The translations under genes and the position numbers were made by a program. From assembly GCA_049976445.1 (NCBI GenBank), contig JBMFIF010000001.1, forward strand, positions 24,634 to 88,633: a stretch of DNA of 64,000 nt. Direction: 5' to 3'. Below the pieces are notes generated by a model. The model was not told the origin of the DNA. It was given only the letters and a program-made list of their open reading frames with translations, and did not search any database. Shown here piece after piece: positions 37,085-47,484 of this stretch (position 1 is the stretch's first letter; each line of letters begins with the position of its first letter). The DNA comes from Thermoprotei archaeon (GTDB lineage: Archaea; Thermoproteota; Thermoprotei; Gearchaeales; WAQG01).

Positions 37085-39574
37085 TTACTCTCTTATGTAT
37101 TGTTGTATGTCACTTTTTATTTTTTCAAGCAATACTTTTGCATGTTCATGTTCTTTTGCATCAGCATATATTCTTATTATCGATTCATCTAATGATGGAG
37201 TAACAAATACCCATCCACTTTCAAATTTTATTCTTAACCCTCTCATAAGATCTGTTATGTTGTTCATGTAATTGTAATATAATTTCTCTAAAATTGAAAT
37301 TCTTAAGTTTGCTGGACAATGTACTTCTTCACTAATAAATTGTATTGATGGTAATGAATCAACGATTTCTGATAATTTAATCTTATGTTCAGCCATATAG
37401 CTAATTATATGAATGAGTGAGGCTATTGCATCAAAACCCAATATAATATTACTAGTGATGTATCCGCCATCCTCATCACCAGCCCACTGTGCATCATTAT
37501 TTTTTATAGCTAAGCCTAATGAGTAAGATGAGATATCAGTCCTCGTTAAAGAAATATTATATCTATCTGCAAACTCATTAATACGACTGGATATACTCAT
37601 TGGAATAGCAAATTTCTTTACGTTAAAGTCAGAAGCTATCATCATCATTAACATGAGACTTTGTAGTCCACTTAAAGTTCTTCCTTTTTCATCAACTATC
37701 AGTAATCTTTCACCACTTTGATCAATGATAAATCCTGCACTGGCTTCTGTTGATCGCACAACTTTATGCATAAAGGAACTTAATTCGCTTCTTTTCTCAC
37801 TAGTTCGATAACCGATTTCGGATGCTAAGTTTATTAAAATTGTATCTATACCTAATCTACTAAGAAGCTGTGGTAAGATAAGAGAAGTTGTGCCCTGGCT
37901 TAAATCAATAACTATTCTTTCACGCCATCTATTTAAAGGTGAGATGTCAATGGATTTGTATATATAATCCTCGTAAGGTTCATAAACGCGAGATGGGTAA
38001 TATATATCGCCAACAATGTTATAATCCACTCTTCTATAATCTTCTCTGTAAACCAAATTTTCTATTTTTCTTTCTATAATTGGATTAATATTAAGCCCAC
38101 TTGAATCATAAATCTCAATATGCATAACATCTGGTAATGTATTATGCATTCTAATATGAACACCATATTCTGATGAAGATTGCACAACAAAGAGCCTACT
38201 AAGTGGAGACGGTATAGCCCTTAAATTATACACATTTGCACCCGCAGATAATAGACCCGAAATAAAAGCTCGTTTAAGCATTCTTGATGCTTTCATCATA
38301 TCCCTACTTGCAGTGATCACAGAGCCTGGTTTTACTATAGTAGCTAATGCGGCACCTATTTTTGATGCAAGTTCAGGTGTAATCTCTATGTTAGCTATAC
38401 CATCAATACCGTGAATACCGAACAACTTTTTAACACTTTTAATACTCGCGGTTATATCTGAACTAATAGTAAGACCTGATTCAATGTTCTTCTTTGGCCA
38501 AATTCTAACACCGGATTTTATTATTACATCATTACCAATTGTACACTCATCACCAATTACTGACCCTTCATAAGCATATACACCTGACTTTATAGTAACA
38601 TGTTCACCAACTATTGATCCGCTTAATTGGGAACGTGAACCAACAAAACTTCCACTCCATATAATACTATGCTCTATTTTTGTTCCTCTCTCTATAATTA
38701 CATTATCACCAATCACCACATATGGTCCTATAACTGTGTTTTCTTTAATCGTCACATTAGACCCTATTAAAACAGGTCCTATTATCATTGCCGTTGGATC
38801 TATTGAACATTCGCTTCCAATGTATATTTTATCGTCAAAAGGTTTGGATAATATCCTAATTCCTTTTAAATTATCCAACAATTCTTCATGAACTTTTCTA
38901 TATTGCTCAGTATTTCCAACATCCTTCCAATATCCATTGTGAATATAACCATATACTGGATAATCTCTTTTAAGCAAAAGAGGTATTAAATCACGACTGA
39001 AATCAAATTCTGATCCTTTAGGAATCAACTCTAATACTTCCGGCTCTATTATATATATGCCTGCATTTATAGTATTAGAAAATACTTCACCCCATCCCGG
39101 CTTTTCAATAAACTTTTTTAACCTCCCTTCATGATCAAGCAACGCTACACCAAATTCTAATGGATTCTCAACAGTAACTAAAGCCATCGTAAAAACTGAA
39201 CCCTTACTTTTATGAAAATCAAGCATGCTACCTAAATTAATATCAGAAAACAGATCACCACTAACCACTATTAACGTATCATCCAATCCATCAAATATAG
39301 CTCTCACACCACCAGCCGTACCCAAAGGCCTATCTTCAATCGAATATTTTAAACGAACATTCCACCTAGAACCATCTTCAAAATATCCAGTAACAATAAC
39401 AGGAAGGTAATGTAAAGTAACATAAATATCTCTTAAATTTGTCTCAGATAAACGCTCAACAGCATATTCCATTAAAGGCTTATTAAGTAGAGGTACCATA
39501 GGCTTAGGCCTATTAATTGTCAACGGTCTAAGCCTAGTACCTTCACCACCAGCCATTATTACAGCTTTAGTCAT
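37085..39574 (-). CDS. Bifunctional sugar-1-phosphate nucleotidyltransferase (with left-handed beta-helix) fused to a phosphohexomutase (PGM/PMM family)
   Basis: The N-terminal MAGGEGTRLRPLT nucleotidyltransferase motif is followed by hexapeptide repeats. The C-terminal ~450 aa are an alpha-D-phosphohexomutase fold (FGIHGIDGIANIEITPE...). Confidence 0.7.
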   Translation of the reverse strand: MTKAVIMAGGEGTRLRPLTINRPKPMVPLLNKPLMEYAVERLSETNLRDIYVTLHYLPVIVTGYFEDGSRWNVRLKYSIEDRPLGTAGGVRAIFDGLDDTLIVVSGDLFSDINLGSMLDFHKSKGSVFTMALVTVENPLEFGVALLDHEGRLKKFIEKPGWGEVFSNTINAGIYIIEPEVLELIPKGSEFDFSRDLIPLLLKRDYPVYGYIHNGYWKDVGNTEQYRKVHEELLDNLKGIRILSKPFDDKIYIGSECSIDPTAMIIGPVLIGSNVTIKENTVIGPYVVIGDNVIIERGTKIEHSIIWSGSFVGSRSQLSGSIVGEHVTIKSGVYAYEGSVIGDECTIGNDVIIKSGVRIWPKKNIESGLTISSDITASIKSVKKLFGIHGIDGIANIEITPELASKIGAALATIVKPGSVITASRDMMKASRMLKRAFISGLLSAGANVYNLRAIPSPLSRLFVVQSSSEYGVHIRMHNTLPDVMHIEIYDSSGLNINPIIERKIENLVYREDYRRVDYNIVGDIYYPSRVYEPYEDYIYKSIDISPLNRWRERIVIDLSQGTTSLILPQLLSRLGIDTILINLASEIGYRTSEKRSELSSFMHKVVRSTEASAGFIIDQSGERLLIVDEKGRTLSGLQSLMLMMMIASDFNVKKFAIPMSISSRINEFADRYNISLTRTDISSYSLGLAIKNNDAQWAGDEDGGYITSNIILGFDAIASLIHIISYMAEHKIKLSEIVDSLPSIQFISEEVHCPANLRISILEKLYYNYMNNITDLMRGLRIKFESGWVFVTPSLDESIIRIYADAKEHEHAKVLLEKIKSDIQQYIRE

Positions 39575-39654
39575 ATATATAGATTACAATTAGAAGCTTA
39601 AATTTATTTGTGTCTGTTTTTTTATTTTTAATATAGCCTGATGATGAACCTGTC

Positions 39655-42600
39655 TCACGCGTCTGAATTAATGACGTTTCCTGGGAGAGCTGAGGGCATT
39701 GCCTTCCTTTTAATTAAGTTTGTTAATTGATTCTTTGATGTTATCCATTTAAGGCTTTCTATAAATGCTTCTGCTGTAGCAATGTTTGTTATAACTGGTA
39801 TTCCTAGTTCGACTGCGCGTCTTCTTATTATGTATTCATCTTCTAGCATTACTGAGTATTTCTCAAGTGATAGTGAGCTTGGTATATTGATCACTAGATC
39901 TATTGATCCTTCTTTGAGATATTCGCTAATGTTTGGGTGTCTGGTTTTTTCATGAAACTTATAAATAATCTTTATGTTATCTATCCCATGCTCCATAAGG
40001 TACTCTGCAGTATGTTCTGTTGCAATAATATTGTAACCCATTTCCTTTAATTTAAGAGCTACGTTAAGAATTTTTTCTTTCATTTCTTTACCGCCTACTG
40101 ATATAAATATATTTCCTCCATGTTTTGGTATTTTATATCCTGCTGCTATTAATGCTTTAGCTAGTGCTTCATGGAAATCATCTCCAAAGCATGCAACTTC
40201 TCCTGTAGATTGCATTTCTACGCTAAGAATTGGATCGGTACCGTCTAATTGCATAAATGAAAACTGCGGAACTTTTACGCCGAATCTTGTTTTTGTTTCC
40301 ATATTGATATTGTTAGGTAGTTTTTTCCCAACTAATGCGCATGCCGCTAATTTCATAAGGTTAGTGTTGATGGTCTTTGATACGAATGGCATTGAGCGCG
40401 AGGCTCTTAGGTTACATTCTATAACGTATACATCACCGTTTTTGGTAAGATACTGAATGTTAAATGGCCCCTTTATGTTTAGGGCTTTAGCTATTTTTAT
40501 TGTGTACTCGATGATTTTTTCTTTTATTTTTTGTGTAATTCTTATTGGTGGTATGACCATTATTGCATCTCCTGAATGTACTCCGGCTGGTTCAATATGC
40601 TCTATTATTGCTCCTATTACTACGTTATCCCCATCAGACACGCCATCGACTTCAATTTCCATTGAGTTTGTAAAGAATTTGCTGATGACTACTGGATGTT
40701 CAGGGCTTATTTTTGTCGCTTCTACTATGTATTGTTTAAGTTGTGTTGGTGTCCATATAACTTTCATTGCAGCTCCGCTAAGTACATATGATGGTCTTAC
40801 AAGTACTGGATAGCCTACTTTTTGTGCAAAATGTTGTGCTTCTTCTAAGGTAGTAAATTCTTTCCATGGTGGTTGTTTGATATTTAGCGTGTCTAGTAAT
40901 TGGCTGAATTTTGCTCTATCCTCAGCCTTATCAATATTGCTACTATCTGTTCCAAGGATTTTTGCTCCCCATTTTGCTAGCTTTGGTGCTAAACTGTTAG
41001 CTGTTTGTCCTCCAACATTTACTACTATTCCTATTGGTTTTTCTTTTTCATAAATGTCAAGAACTCTTTCTAATGTTAATTCTTCGAAATAGAGTTTATC
41101 ACTCATGTCATAATCGGTTGATACTGTTTCAGGATTGCAGTTTATGACTATAGTTTCATCGAATCCTTCAGCTTTTAATGCCCATACCATGTTCATTGTG
41201 CACCAATCAAATTCTACTGAACTCCCTATTCTATATGGTCCTGCCCCAAGAACTATAACTTTACGTTTATCTGTGGAGAAATCAATATCGTTGAAGTCTC
41301 CATTATACGTGATATACAAGTAATTTGTTTTCGCTGGCCATTCTGCGGCTAGTGTATCGATCTGTTTTATGACAGGGTTAATATTAAGCTTTTTCCTAAG
41401 ATTTCTAATATTTTCTTCACTTGAGCCTAGGCATTTTGCAATTTGTTTATCAGAGAAACCCAATTGTTTTGCTTTCTTGATTACATAATATAATGTTTTC
41501 TCATCTATATTGATTGTTTTTTCTTTTAAGGTAAGGAGTTCTTTTTCCATGTCTACTATATTTTTTATTTTATTGATAAACCATGGATCAATTTCAGATA
41601 ATTTAGAGATCTCTTCTATACTTAATCCTTTTTTAAGTGCTTTAACAATGTAAAGGAGTATTTCATCTGTAGGGTTAGCGAGCATTTCTTTTACTTTTTC
41701 TAATGATATTTCATCATCTATTTCATCATCATTATAATTTGCTACTAATCCGTCTAATCCTATATCGAGCATTCTTACAGCTTTTTGTAATGCTTCTTCA
41801 AATTTTCTTCCAATAGCCATTACTTCACCTACTGATTTCATTTGTGTCCTTAATCTTCTATTAACTTTCGGAAATTTTTTAAAATCCCACCTAGGAATTT
41901 TTACAACAACATAATCAAGCGATGGTTCGAATGCCGCTGTTGTAATTCCAGTTACATTATTTATTAGCTCCGGTAGTGTGTAACCTAAGGCCAGTTTTGC
42001 GGCTATGTATGCTAAAGGATATCCTGTGGCTTTAGATGCTAATGCCGATGATCTAGACATTCTTGGATTAACCTCGATTACATAATATTTGTTAGTATTA
42101 GGGTCTAAGGCGAATTGTACGTTACATTCTCCAACAACATTCAATGCTTGGGCTGCCTTAATAGCTGCGCTACGTAGAATATGATATTCTTTATTGTTTA
42201 ATGTTTGCGATGGAGCAACAACAATGTTATCACCTGTGTGAACACGCATTCCTAATATATTTTCCATATTACAAACTACTATACAGTTATCCTCATAATC
42301 TCTCATTACTTCATATTCTATCTGCTTAAGACCTCCTAGATATTCTTCTATGAGAACTTCTTTTATTAAACTGTGAGCTAGCCCCTTTTCGACAATATTT
42401 ATAAGTTCTTCTTCGTTTTGGGCAACACCGCCGCCTTTCCCTCCAAGTGTAAAAGCAACTCTTATCATTACAGGATAACCAATCTCTTTCGCAACAGTTT
42501 TTGCTTCCTCTAATGAATGTGCACTTTTACTTTTTGGTACTGGTAGTCCTGCTTCTATCATAACTTTCTTAAAACGTTCTCTGTCACTAGCATTCTCAAT

Positions 42601-42966
42601 AGTCTCTACTGATGTACCAAGTACTTTTACATTATATTTATTTAAAATACCCATTCTAGCGAGCTCAACACCACAATTTAAAGCTGTCTGGCCGCCAAAC
42701 GTTAGAATTATGCCGTCAGGGCTTTCTTTTTTAATGACCTCTTCTACATATTCTGGTGTTACTGGTAAGAAATAAATCTTATCAGCCATGTTTTCATCAG
42801 TTTGTATGGTTGCTATATTTGGATTTACTAATATTGTCTCTATACCTTCTTCTCTTAGTGCTTTGAGACATTGACTACCAGAATAGTCGAATTCTCCTGC
42901 TTCACCTATTTTGATTGCGCCGCTCCCAAGTATTAGTACTTTTCTTATGCTTGTGTTTTTAGGCAT
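39655..42966 (-). CDS. carB: Carbamoyl-phosphate synthase large subunit
   Basis: Duplicated ATP-grasp halves plus the MGS-like domain; 1103 aa. Confidence 0.9.
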   Translation of the reverse strand: MPKNTSIRKVLILGSGAIKIGEAGEFDYSGSQCLKALREEGIETILVNPNIATIQTDENMADKIYFLPVTPEYVEEVIKKESPDGIILTFGGQTALNCGVELARMGILNKYNVKVLGTSVETIENASDRERFKKVMIEAGLPVPKSKSAHSLEEAKTVAKEIGYPVMIRVAFTLGGKGGGVAQNEEELINIVEKGLAHSLIKEVLIEEYLGGLKQIEYEVMRDYEDNCIVVCNMENILGMRVHTGDNIVVAPSQTLNNKEYHILRSAAIKAAQALNVVGECNVQFALDPNTNKYYVIEVNPRMSRSSALASKATGYPLAYIAAKLALGYTLPELINNVTGITTAAFEPSLDYVVVKIPRWDFKKFPKVNRRLRTQMKSVGEVMAIGRKFEEALQKAVRMLDIGLDGLVANYNDDEIDDEISLEKVKEMLANPTDEILLYIVKALKKGLSIEEISKLSEIDPWFINKIKNIVDMEKELLTLKEKTINIDEKTLYYVIKKAKQLGFSDKQIAKCLGSSEENIRNLRKKLNINPVIKQIDTLAAEWPAKTNYLYITYNGDFNDIDFSTDKRKVIVLGAGPYRIGSSVEFDWCTMNMVWALKAEGFDETIVINCNPETVSTDYDMSDKLYFEELTLERVLDIYEKEKPIGIVVNVGGQTANSLAPKLAKWGAKILGTDSSNIDKAEDRAKFSQLLDTLNIKQPPWKEFTTLEEAQHFAQKVGYPVLVRPSYVLSGAAMKVIWTPTQLKQYIVEATKISPEHPVVISKFFTNSMEIEVDGVSDGDNVVIGAIIEHIEPAGVHSGDAIMVIPPIRITQKIKEKIIEYTIKIAKALNIKGPFNIQYLTKNGDVYVIECNLRASRSMPFVSKTINTNLMKLAACALVGKKLPNNINMETKTRFGVKVPQFSFMQLDGTDPILSVEMQSTGEVACFGDDFHEALAKALIAAGYKIPKHGGNIFISVGGKEMKEKILNVALKLKEMGYNIIATEHTAEYLMEHGIDNIKIIYKFHEKTRHPNISEYLKEGSIDLVINIPSSLSLEKYSVMLEDEYIIRRRAVELGIPVITNIATAEAFIESLKWITSKNQLTNLIKRKAMPSALPGNVINSDA

Positions 42967-44104
42967 ATATTCTCACCATATTATGTTTGTGTATCTTTTC
43001 TCTAAAGATATCAAAGACAAAGAGTGTATCATATGGTCCTGGTGATGCTTCAGGATGGAACTGGACTGCTAAGATTGGTTTATTTTTATGTTTTATACCT
43101 TCTACAGTCTTATCATCGGCGTTTATCCACCAAACTTCTAAGCCAGTATTTTTTAATGAATCAGGATTTACTGCAAAGCCATGATTCTGACTAGTAACAT
43201 AACTTTTTTTAGTTATGAGATTTATTGAAGGTTTGTTTTGGCCTCTATGACCATACTTTAACTTAAAAGTATCAGCGCCCATTCCTAATGCTAATATTTG
43301 ATTACCAAGACATATGCCCATGATTGGAATATTCATGTCTATAAGTTGACGGGTTAGTTCTATGGTTTCAGTAAAACTTCTAGGATTGCCTGGTCCATTA
43401 CTTAAAACTATACCTTTTGGATTATAAGCAAGGACTTCATCAATATTAGTGTTGTAAGGTAATCTGATTACACGAAATCCCTTTTCTATTAAATTTCTTA
43501 TTATGCTGACTTTAACTCCACAATCAATAAGTACGATAGTTTCATTTCCGTTACCATAAATGATTGGTTTTTTAGTTGATACTTCATGAGCAAATTTTAT
43601 TTCATCATAACGTTTCGTATTCTTCAATTCATTAATTAAGTTATCAATTGATATATCATTTTGTGAAACCTCTAATATTCCCATCATAACACCTTTGGAT
43701 CTTAGTCTTTTTGTTAATTCTCGTGTATCGATACCTTGTATGCCTGGCACTTTCTCTTCATATAACCATTCATGAAGTGATTTCTTAGATAAGACATGAC
43801 TTGGAGCATCACAGGCTTCATAAACGACTAATCCATTAACCTGTATTCTTTCTGATTCAAAATGTAATGGCAAACCCCATGAATCTTTTATGTTGTAACT
43901 AGGAACACCATAATTGCCTATTAAAGGATAAGTCATAACAAGTATCTGTCCACGGTATGATGGATCAGTTAATGCCTCTGTATATCCAGTCATTCCTGTA
44001 TTGAACACTACTTCACCAATAACGCGTTTCGGATATCCGAAACCTTTACCTATCCATACACTGCCATCCTCAAGTACTAGTATGGCATTTAGTGATTCTG
44101 TCAT
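42959..44104 (-). CDS. carA: Carbamoyl-phosphate synthase small (glutamine amidotransferase) subunit
   Basis: A class I GATase with catalytic Cys context (GICLGNQ). It overlaps carB by 8 nt. Confidence 0.9.
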   Translation of the reverse strand: MTESLNAILVLEDGSVWIGKGFGYPKRVIGEVVFNTGMTGYTEALTDPSYRGQILVMTYPLIGNYGVPSYNIKDSWGLPLHFESERIQVNGLVVYEACDAPSHVLSKKSLHEWLYEEKVPGIQGIDTRELTKRLRSKGVMMGILEVSQNDISIDNLINELKNTKRYDEIKFAHEVSTKKPIIYGNGNETIVLIDCGVKVSIIRNLIEKGFRVIRLPYNTNIDEVLAYNPKGIVLSNGPGNPRSFTETIELTRQLIDMNIPIMGICLGNQILALGMGADTFKLKYGHRGQNKPSINLITKKSYVTSQNHGFAVNPDSLKNTGLEVWWINADDKTVEGIKHKNKPILAVQFHPEASPGPYDTLFVFDIFREKIHKHNMVRIYA

Positions 44105-44332
44105 TAATCTCTATCCTTATATGGAAAGAATACATTTTATTTAAATATATTCGAATATTTTGATAATTTTTAGAAACAGGAATAACATTACTGCTGAATA
44201 CAATAAACTAAACAAAATAAATATTGATGAAAATTTTGTTCTAATTATAACGTTTTTTGCAAAAGATTTAACGAATGTATCATAAAAATTATATTTGATT
44301 ATACTTCATATACAAATACGCAGGTGAACAAT

Positions 44333-44512
44333 ATGGCCATAAAAGTAATGTGCCAAGTATGTGGGGGAACAATTACGATACCTGATGATGCAATAGTAGG
44401 AGAGATCGTATCATGCCCAGATTGTGGAATTGATTATGAGGTTTCTCAAATTAATAATGGTAGTATTCAATTAAAAATAGCAGAAGATATAGGAGAGGAT
44501 TGGGGAGAATAA
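44333..44512 (+). CDS. Second LysW-like amino-group carrier protein (ArgW-like), upstream of argX
   Basis: Translation is MAIKVMCQVCGGTITIPDDAIVGEIVSCPDCGIDYEVSQINNGSIQLKIAEDIGEDWGE. It has the same Zn-ribbon plus EDWGE architecture as lysW at 31510. An SD-like AGGTGA lies before the ATG; the ORF track starts it 9 nt earlier at a GTG. Confidence 0.7.
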   Translation: MAIKVMCQVCGGTITIPDDAIVGEIVSCPDCGIDYEVSQINNGSIQLKIAEDIGEDWGE

Positions 44513-44527
44513 GGAGCGATCTACGGG

Positions 44528-45385
44528 TTGGTGAATTTAATAATACTGTATGACAGAATCAGATGGGAAGAAAAACAAATAGCAGAAGAAGCCAAAGCTT
44601 TAGGCGCCACAGTAACTATGATAGACGTTAGATCACTACCATTAGAAATCACATCTAATTCCATTAAAAAGGAATTTGATGGTGTTGTCTTACAAAGATG
44701 CGTAAGTCATACACGCGGAATTTATTATACTGCAATACTTGAAGAACACAATGTTAATGTTATCAATAGTTTTTTTACTACAATGATTACAAGTAATAAA
44801 CTTCTTACAACATTAAAGTTAGTTAAAAATAACATACCTACACCTAAAACTGGTGTAGCTTTTTCATACGATGCAGCTTTAAAAATTGCGAAAGATATAG
44901 GATATCCTGTTGTTATAAAACCGATTTTAGGCAGTTGGGGAAGATTAGTGAATAAGGCGAGAGATCAAGATGAGCTCTCGTCCCTTCTTGAAGCAAGAGA
45001 ACTGTTTTCTGATCCTTTATATCAAGTTTACTATCTGCAAGAATATGTAAAAAGGCCTCCAAGAGATATAAGAAGCATAGTTGTTGGTGATGAAATTATC
45101 GCAATAACTTATAGATATCAACCTGAAAACGATTGGAGAACAAACGTTGCAAGGGGAGGTATAGTTGATAAAGCATATCTTTCTGATGATGAACATGAAA
45201 TTATTCTTCGTGCAGCTAAGACAGTTGGTGGAGGTATTCTTGGTATTGATGCGATGGAAAGTGATAGAGGCATTTTAATTCATGAGATTAATGGAACAGT
45301 AGAATTCAGAGGGGCTGCATCAGTATGGGGAAATATAATACCTAGATCAATAGCTGAATACGCCATAAAAAGAGCTAAGAACTGA
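44528..45385 (+). CDS. argX: RimK-family ATP-grasp ligase, ArgX-like (glutamate-LysW ligase)
   Basis: MVNLIILYDRIRWEEKQ... is a paralog of lysX. It sits in the carAB-argGH neighbourhood. Confidence 0.7.
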   Translation: MVNLIILYDRIRWEEKQIAEEAKALGATVTMIDVRSLPLEITSNSIKKEFDGVVLQRCVSHTRGIYYTAILEEHNVNVINSFFTTMITSNKLLTTLKLVKNNIPTPKTGVAFSYDAALKIAKDIGYPVVIKPILGSWGRLVNKARDQDELSSLLEARELFSDPLYQVYYLQEYVKRPPRDIRSIVVGDEIIAITYRYQPENDWRTNVARGGIVDKAYLSDDEHEIILRAAKTVGGGILGIDAMESDRGILIHEINGTVEFRGAASVWGNIIPRSIAEYAIKRAKN

Positions 45386-45435
45386 AAAATAATATATGAA
45401 ATACAAATTTTTCTCTTCCTAGGTGTATAAAGGTA

Positions 45436-46548
45436 ATGATTACTCACAAAGAGTTGCTTGTTAATATGATAAAAATCTATTCGCCAAGTAATAAAGAGGA
45501 TAATATTAGATCATACATAAACAAATTGCTCAATGAAGAGTTTAAGGCTGATAAAACGTATATCGACAATGCCGGAAATATAATTGGAATCTATGATGGT
45601 ATAGAACCTACAATTTTGCTCTCAAGCCACATGGATACAGTACCTGGTGAGATTAATGTAAAAGTTGATAGGGAAAAAATTTACGGAAGAGGAGCATCAG
45701 ATGCAAAAGGACCCTTAGCAACATTCCTCTATTCATCATACTTATTAAAAAGGGTAGAAAACTATCCGTCAAAAATAATAGTAGTTGGTACAGTTGATGA
45801 AGAAGGAGAAAGTAGGGGAATAAAGGAATTGCCTAATACCCTACAAAAATTAGACATCAGACCCTCATATGCAATTTTTGGTGAACCAGGGGGTGCTAAT
45901 GTCATAACAATAGGATACAAAGGAAGAATACAATTACGTATAAAACTATTTGCCGAAAGCTATCATGCATCATTACCAAATGCTCCAAATGTTATAGAGA
46001 ACATGATGATAATACTCAATGCTTTAAAAAACTATGAAAAAGAATTTAAAACATCTAATAATTTCACCTCCATAACAATAACACCCACAATTATAACTGG
46101 CGGTCATGCAACAAACGTAACACCACGTGAATGTGAGATAGTATTAGACATACGTATTCCACCAACAAAATCAATAAACGAATTCTTATCAAACATAATT
46201 AACATAGTTAAATCTAATACTAATTTGAGAAATGAATGCATTGTCGAGGATTTTACTGAACCTTACCAATCAAATATTTCAACTCCTTTGGTCACTGCAT
46301 TTCGTGAAGCTATATTGCAAATAACCAACATAGACGCAAGATTCATAAGGAAGAGTGGAACTGGCGAGATGAATATTTTTGCTCAAAAATATGATATTCC
46401 AATTATAACATATGGTCCTGGAGATCCAAAAGTATCTCACACGGATAATGAGCACATTCTCTTATATGATTACGAATTAGCAATTAAAATCGTAAAACAA
46501 GCACTTTGGAAGCTTCAGAAAATACAAGAAAAGAGAAACCTCAAATAA
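45436..46548 (+). CDS. lysK: M20-family [LysW]-lysine/ornithine hydrolase (ArgE/LysK-like)
   Basis: M20 metal-binding motifs are present (SSHMDTVPGE, GASDAKGP, DEEGES). Confidence 0.75.
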   Translation: MITHKELLVNMIKIYSPSNKEDNIRSYINKLLNEEFKADKTYIDNAGNIIGIYDGIEPTILLSSHMDTVPGEINVKVDREKIYGRGASDAKGPLATFLYSSYLLKRVENYPSKIIVVGTVDEEGESRGIKELPNTLQKLDIRPSYAIFGEPGGANVITIGYKGRIQLRIKLFAESYHASLPNAPNVIENMMIILNALKNYEKEFKTSNNFTSITITPTIITGGHATNVTPRECEIVLDIRIPPTKSINEFLSNIINIVKSNTNLRNECIVEDFTEPYQSNISTPLVTAFREAILQITNIDARFIRKSGTGEMNIFAQKYDIPIITYGPGDPKVSHTDNEHILLYDYELAIKIVKQALWKLQKIQEKRNLK

Positions 46549-46693
46549 ATACTAGATATAACTGACATCCAATGACACCTTCTCTGCCCTGAAGAGCGAA
46601 GCTTTCATCTTTTGTAAACTGAATATGATATGTAGTTAGATATTGATAAGGAAAAGTTAATATGCGTATTATGTAATATGTTGTGAGGGCTCA

Positions 46694-47380
46694 GTGAAAA
46701 GCGAATTAAGCATTGCAAAGGTTGTGCGTAGTGTAGTTAACACGCATCCATCGTTAATAGATTGTCTTAGGAATGGTACTCTAAATTATACTGCAACTGC
46801 TAAAATGTTGAGAGATGAGGTTTCAAAGTTAATGGGTACTGATGTTGAGGTTGATGCCATTAAGATGGCGTTGATACGTTATAGTGAGGAGCTTAAAGAA
46901 GATTTAGAGCGTATTGAAAATAATGTTAGGAAGGTTTTAGCTGAAAGTACGCTTCAAATGCGGAATGACGTTGTCGTGGTTACAACAAAATGGGAAAATG
47001 TTACGGGAAAGTTAGATACGATAATTCGTGTGTCGGGTGGTTCTAGATTTTTCCAGATCACTCAGGGTATTAATACGTTTACTATTGTTATTGAAAAAAA
47101 GATGGAGAAGGATTTGGTATCTATCATTGGTGAGCATAATGTGAATAGTATTATCAGAAATCAGAGTGCGATAATACTCTTGAGTCCAGAGGAAATAATA
47201 TCAACGCCTGGAGTCATAGCTTATACCACGTGGCTTCTTTCGAAAGAAGGCATTAATATAACTCAGATTATTTCGTGCCATCTGGATACAATCTTCATAG
47301 TGAGTCAGGAGCAAGCTTTAAAAGCATATAAAGTACTTGAGGATTCAATAAATAATATAAGACGGTTCATTGATGAATAA
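46694..47380 (+). CDS. ACT-domain-containing putative regulatory protein
   Basis: The C-terminal beta-alpha-beta-beta-alpha-beta-like segment (GVIAYTTWLLSKEGINITQIISCHLDTIFIV) is consistent with an ACT domain. It lies upstream of argG. Confidence 0.35.
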   Translation: MKSELSIAKVVRSVVNTHPSLIDCLRNGTLNYTATAKMLRDEVSKLMGTDVEVDAIKMALIRYSEELKEDLERIENNVRKVLAESTLQMRNDVVVVTTKWENVTGKLDTIIRVSGGSRFFQITQGINTFTIVIEKKMEKDLVSIIGEHNVNSIIRNQSAIILLSPEEIISTPGVIAYTTWLLSKEGINITQIISCHLDTIFIVSQEQALKAYKVLEDSINNIRRFIDE

Positions 47381-47484
47381 TTTCATCTAAATGAAATTAA
47401 GTATGTTCTAGTTGAAACACAACCGTTTTTAATTGTTATTCTCATCACGTAATTTATATCTAATACTATTGGATAAAGTAGTTT

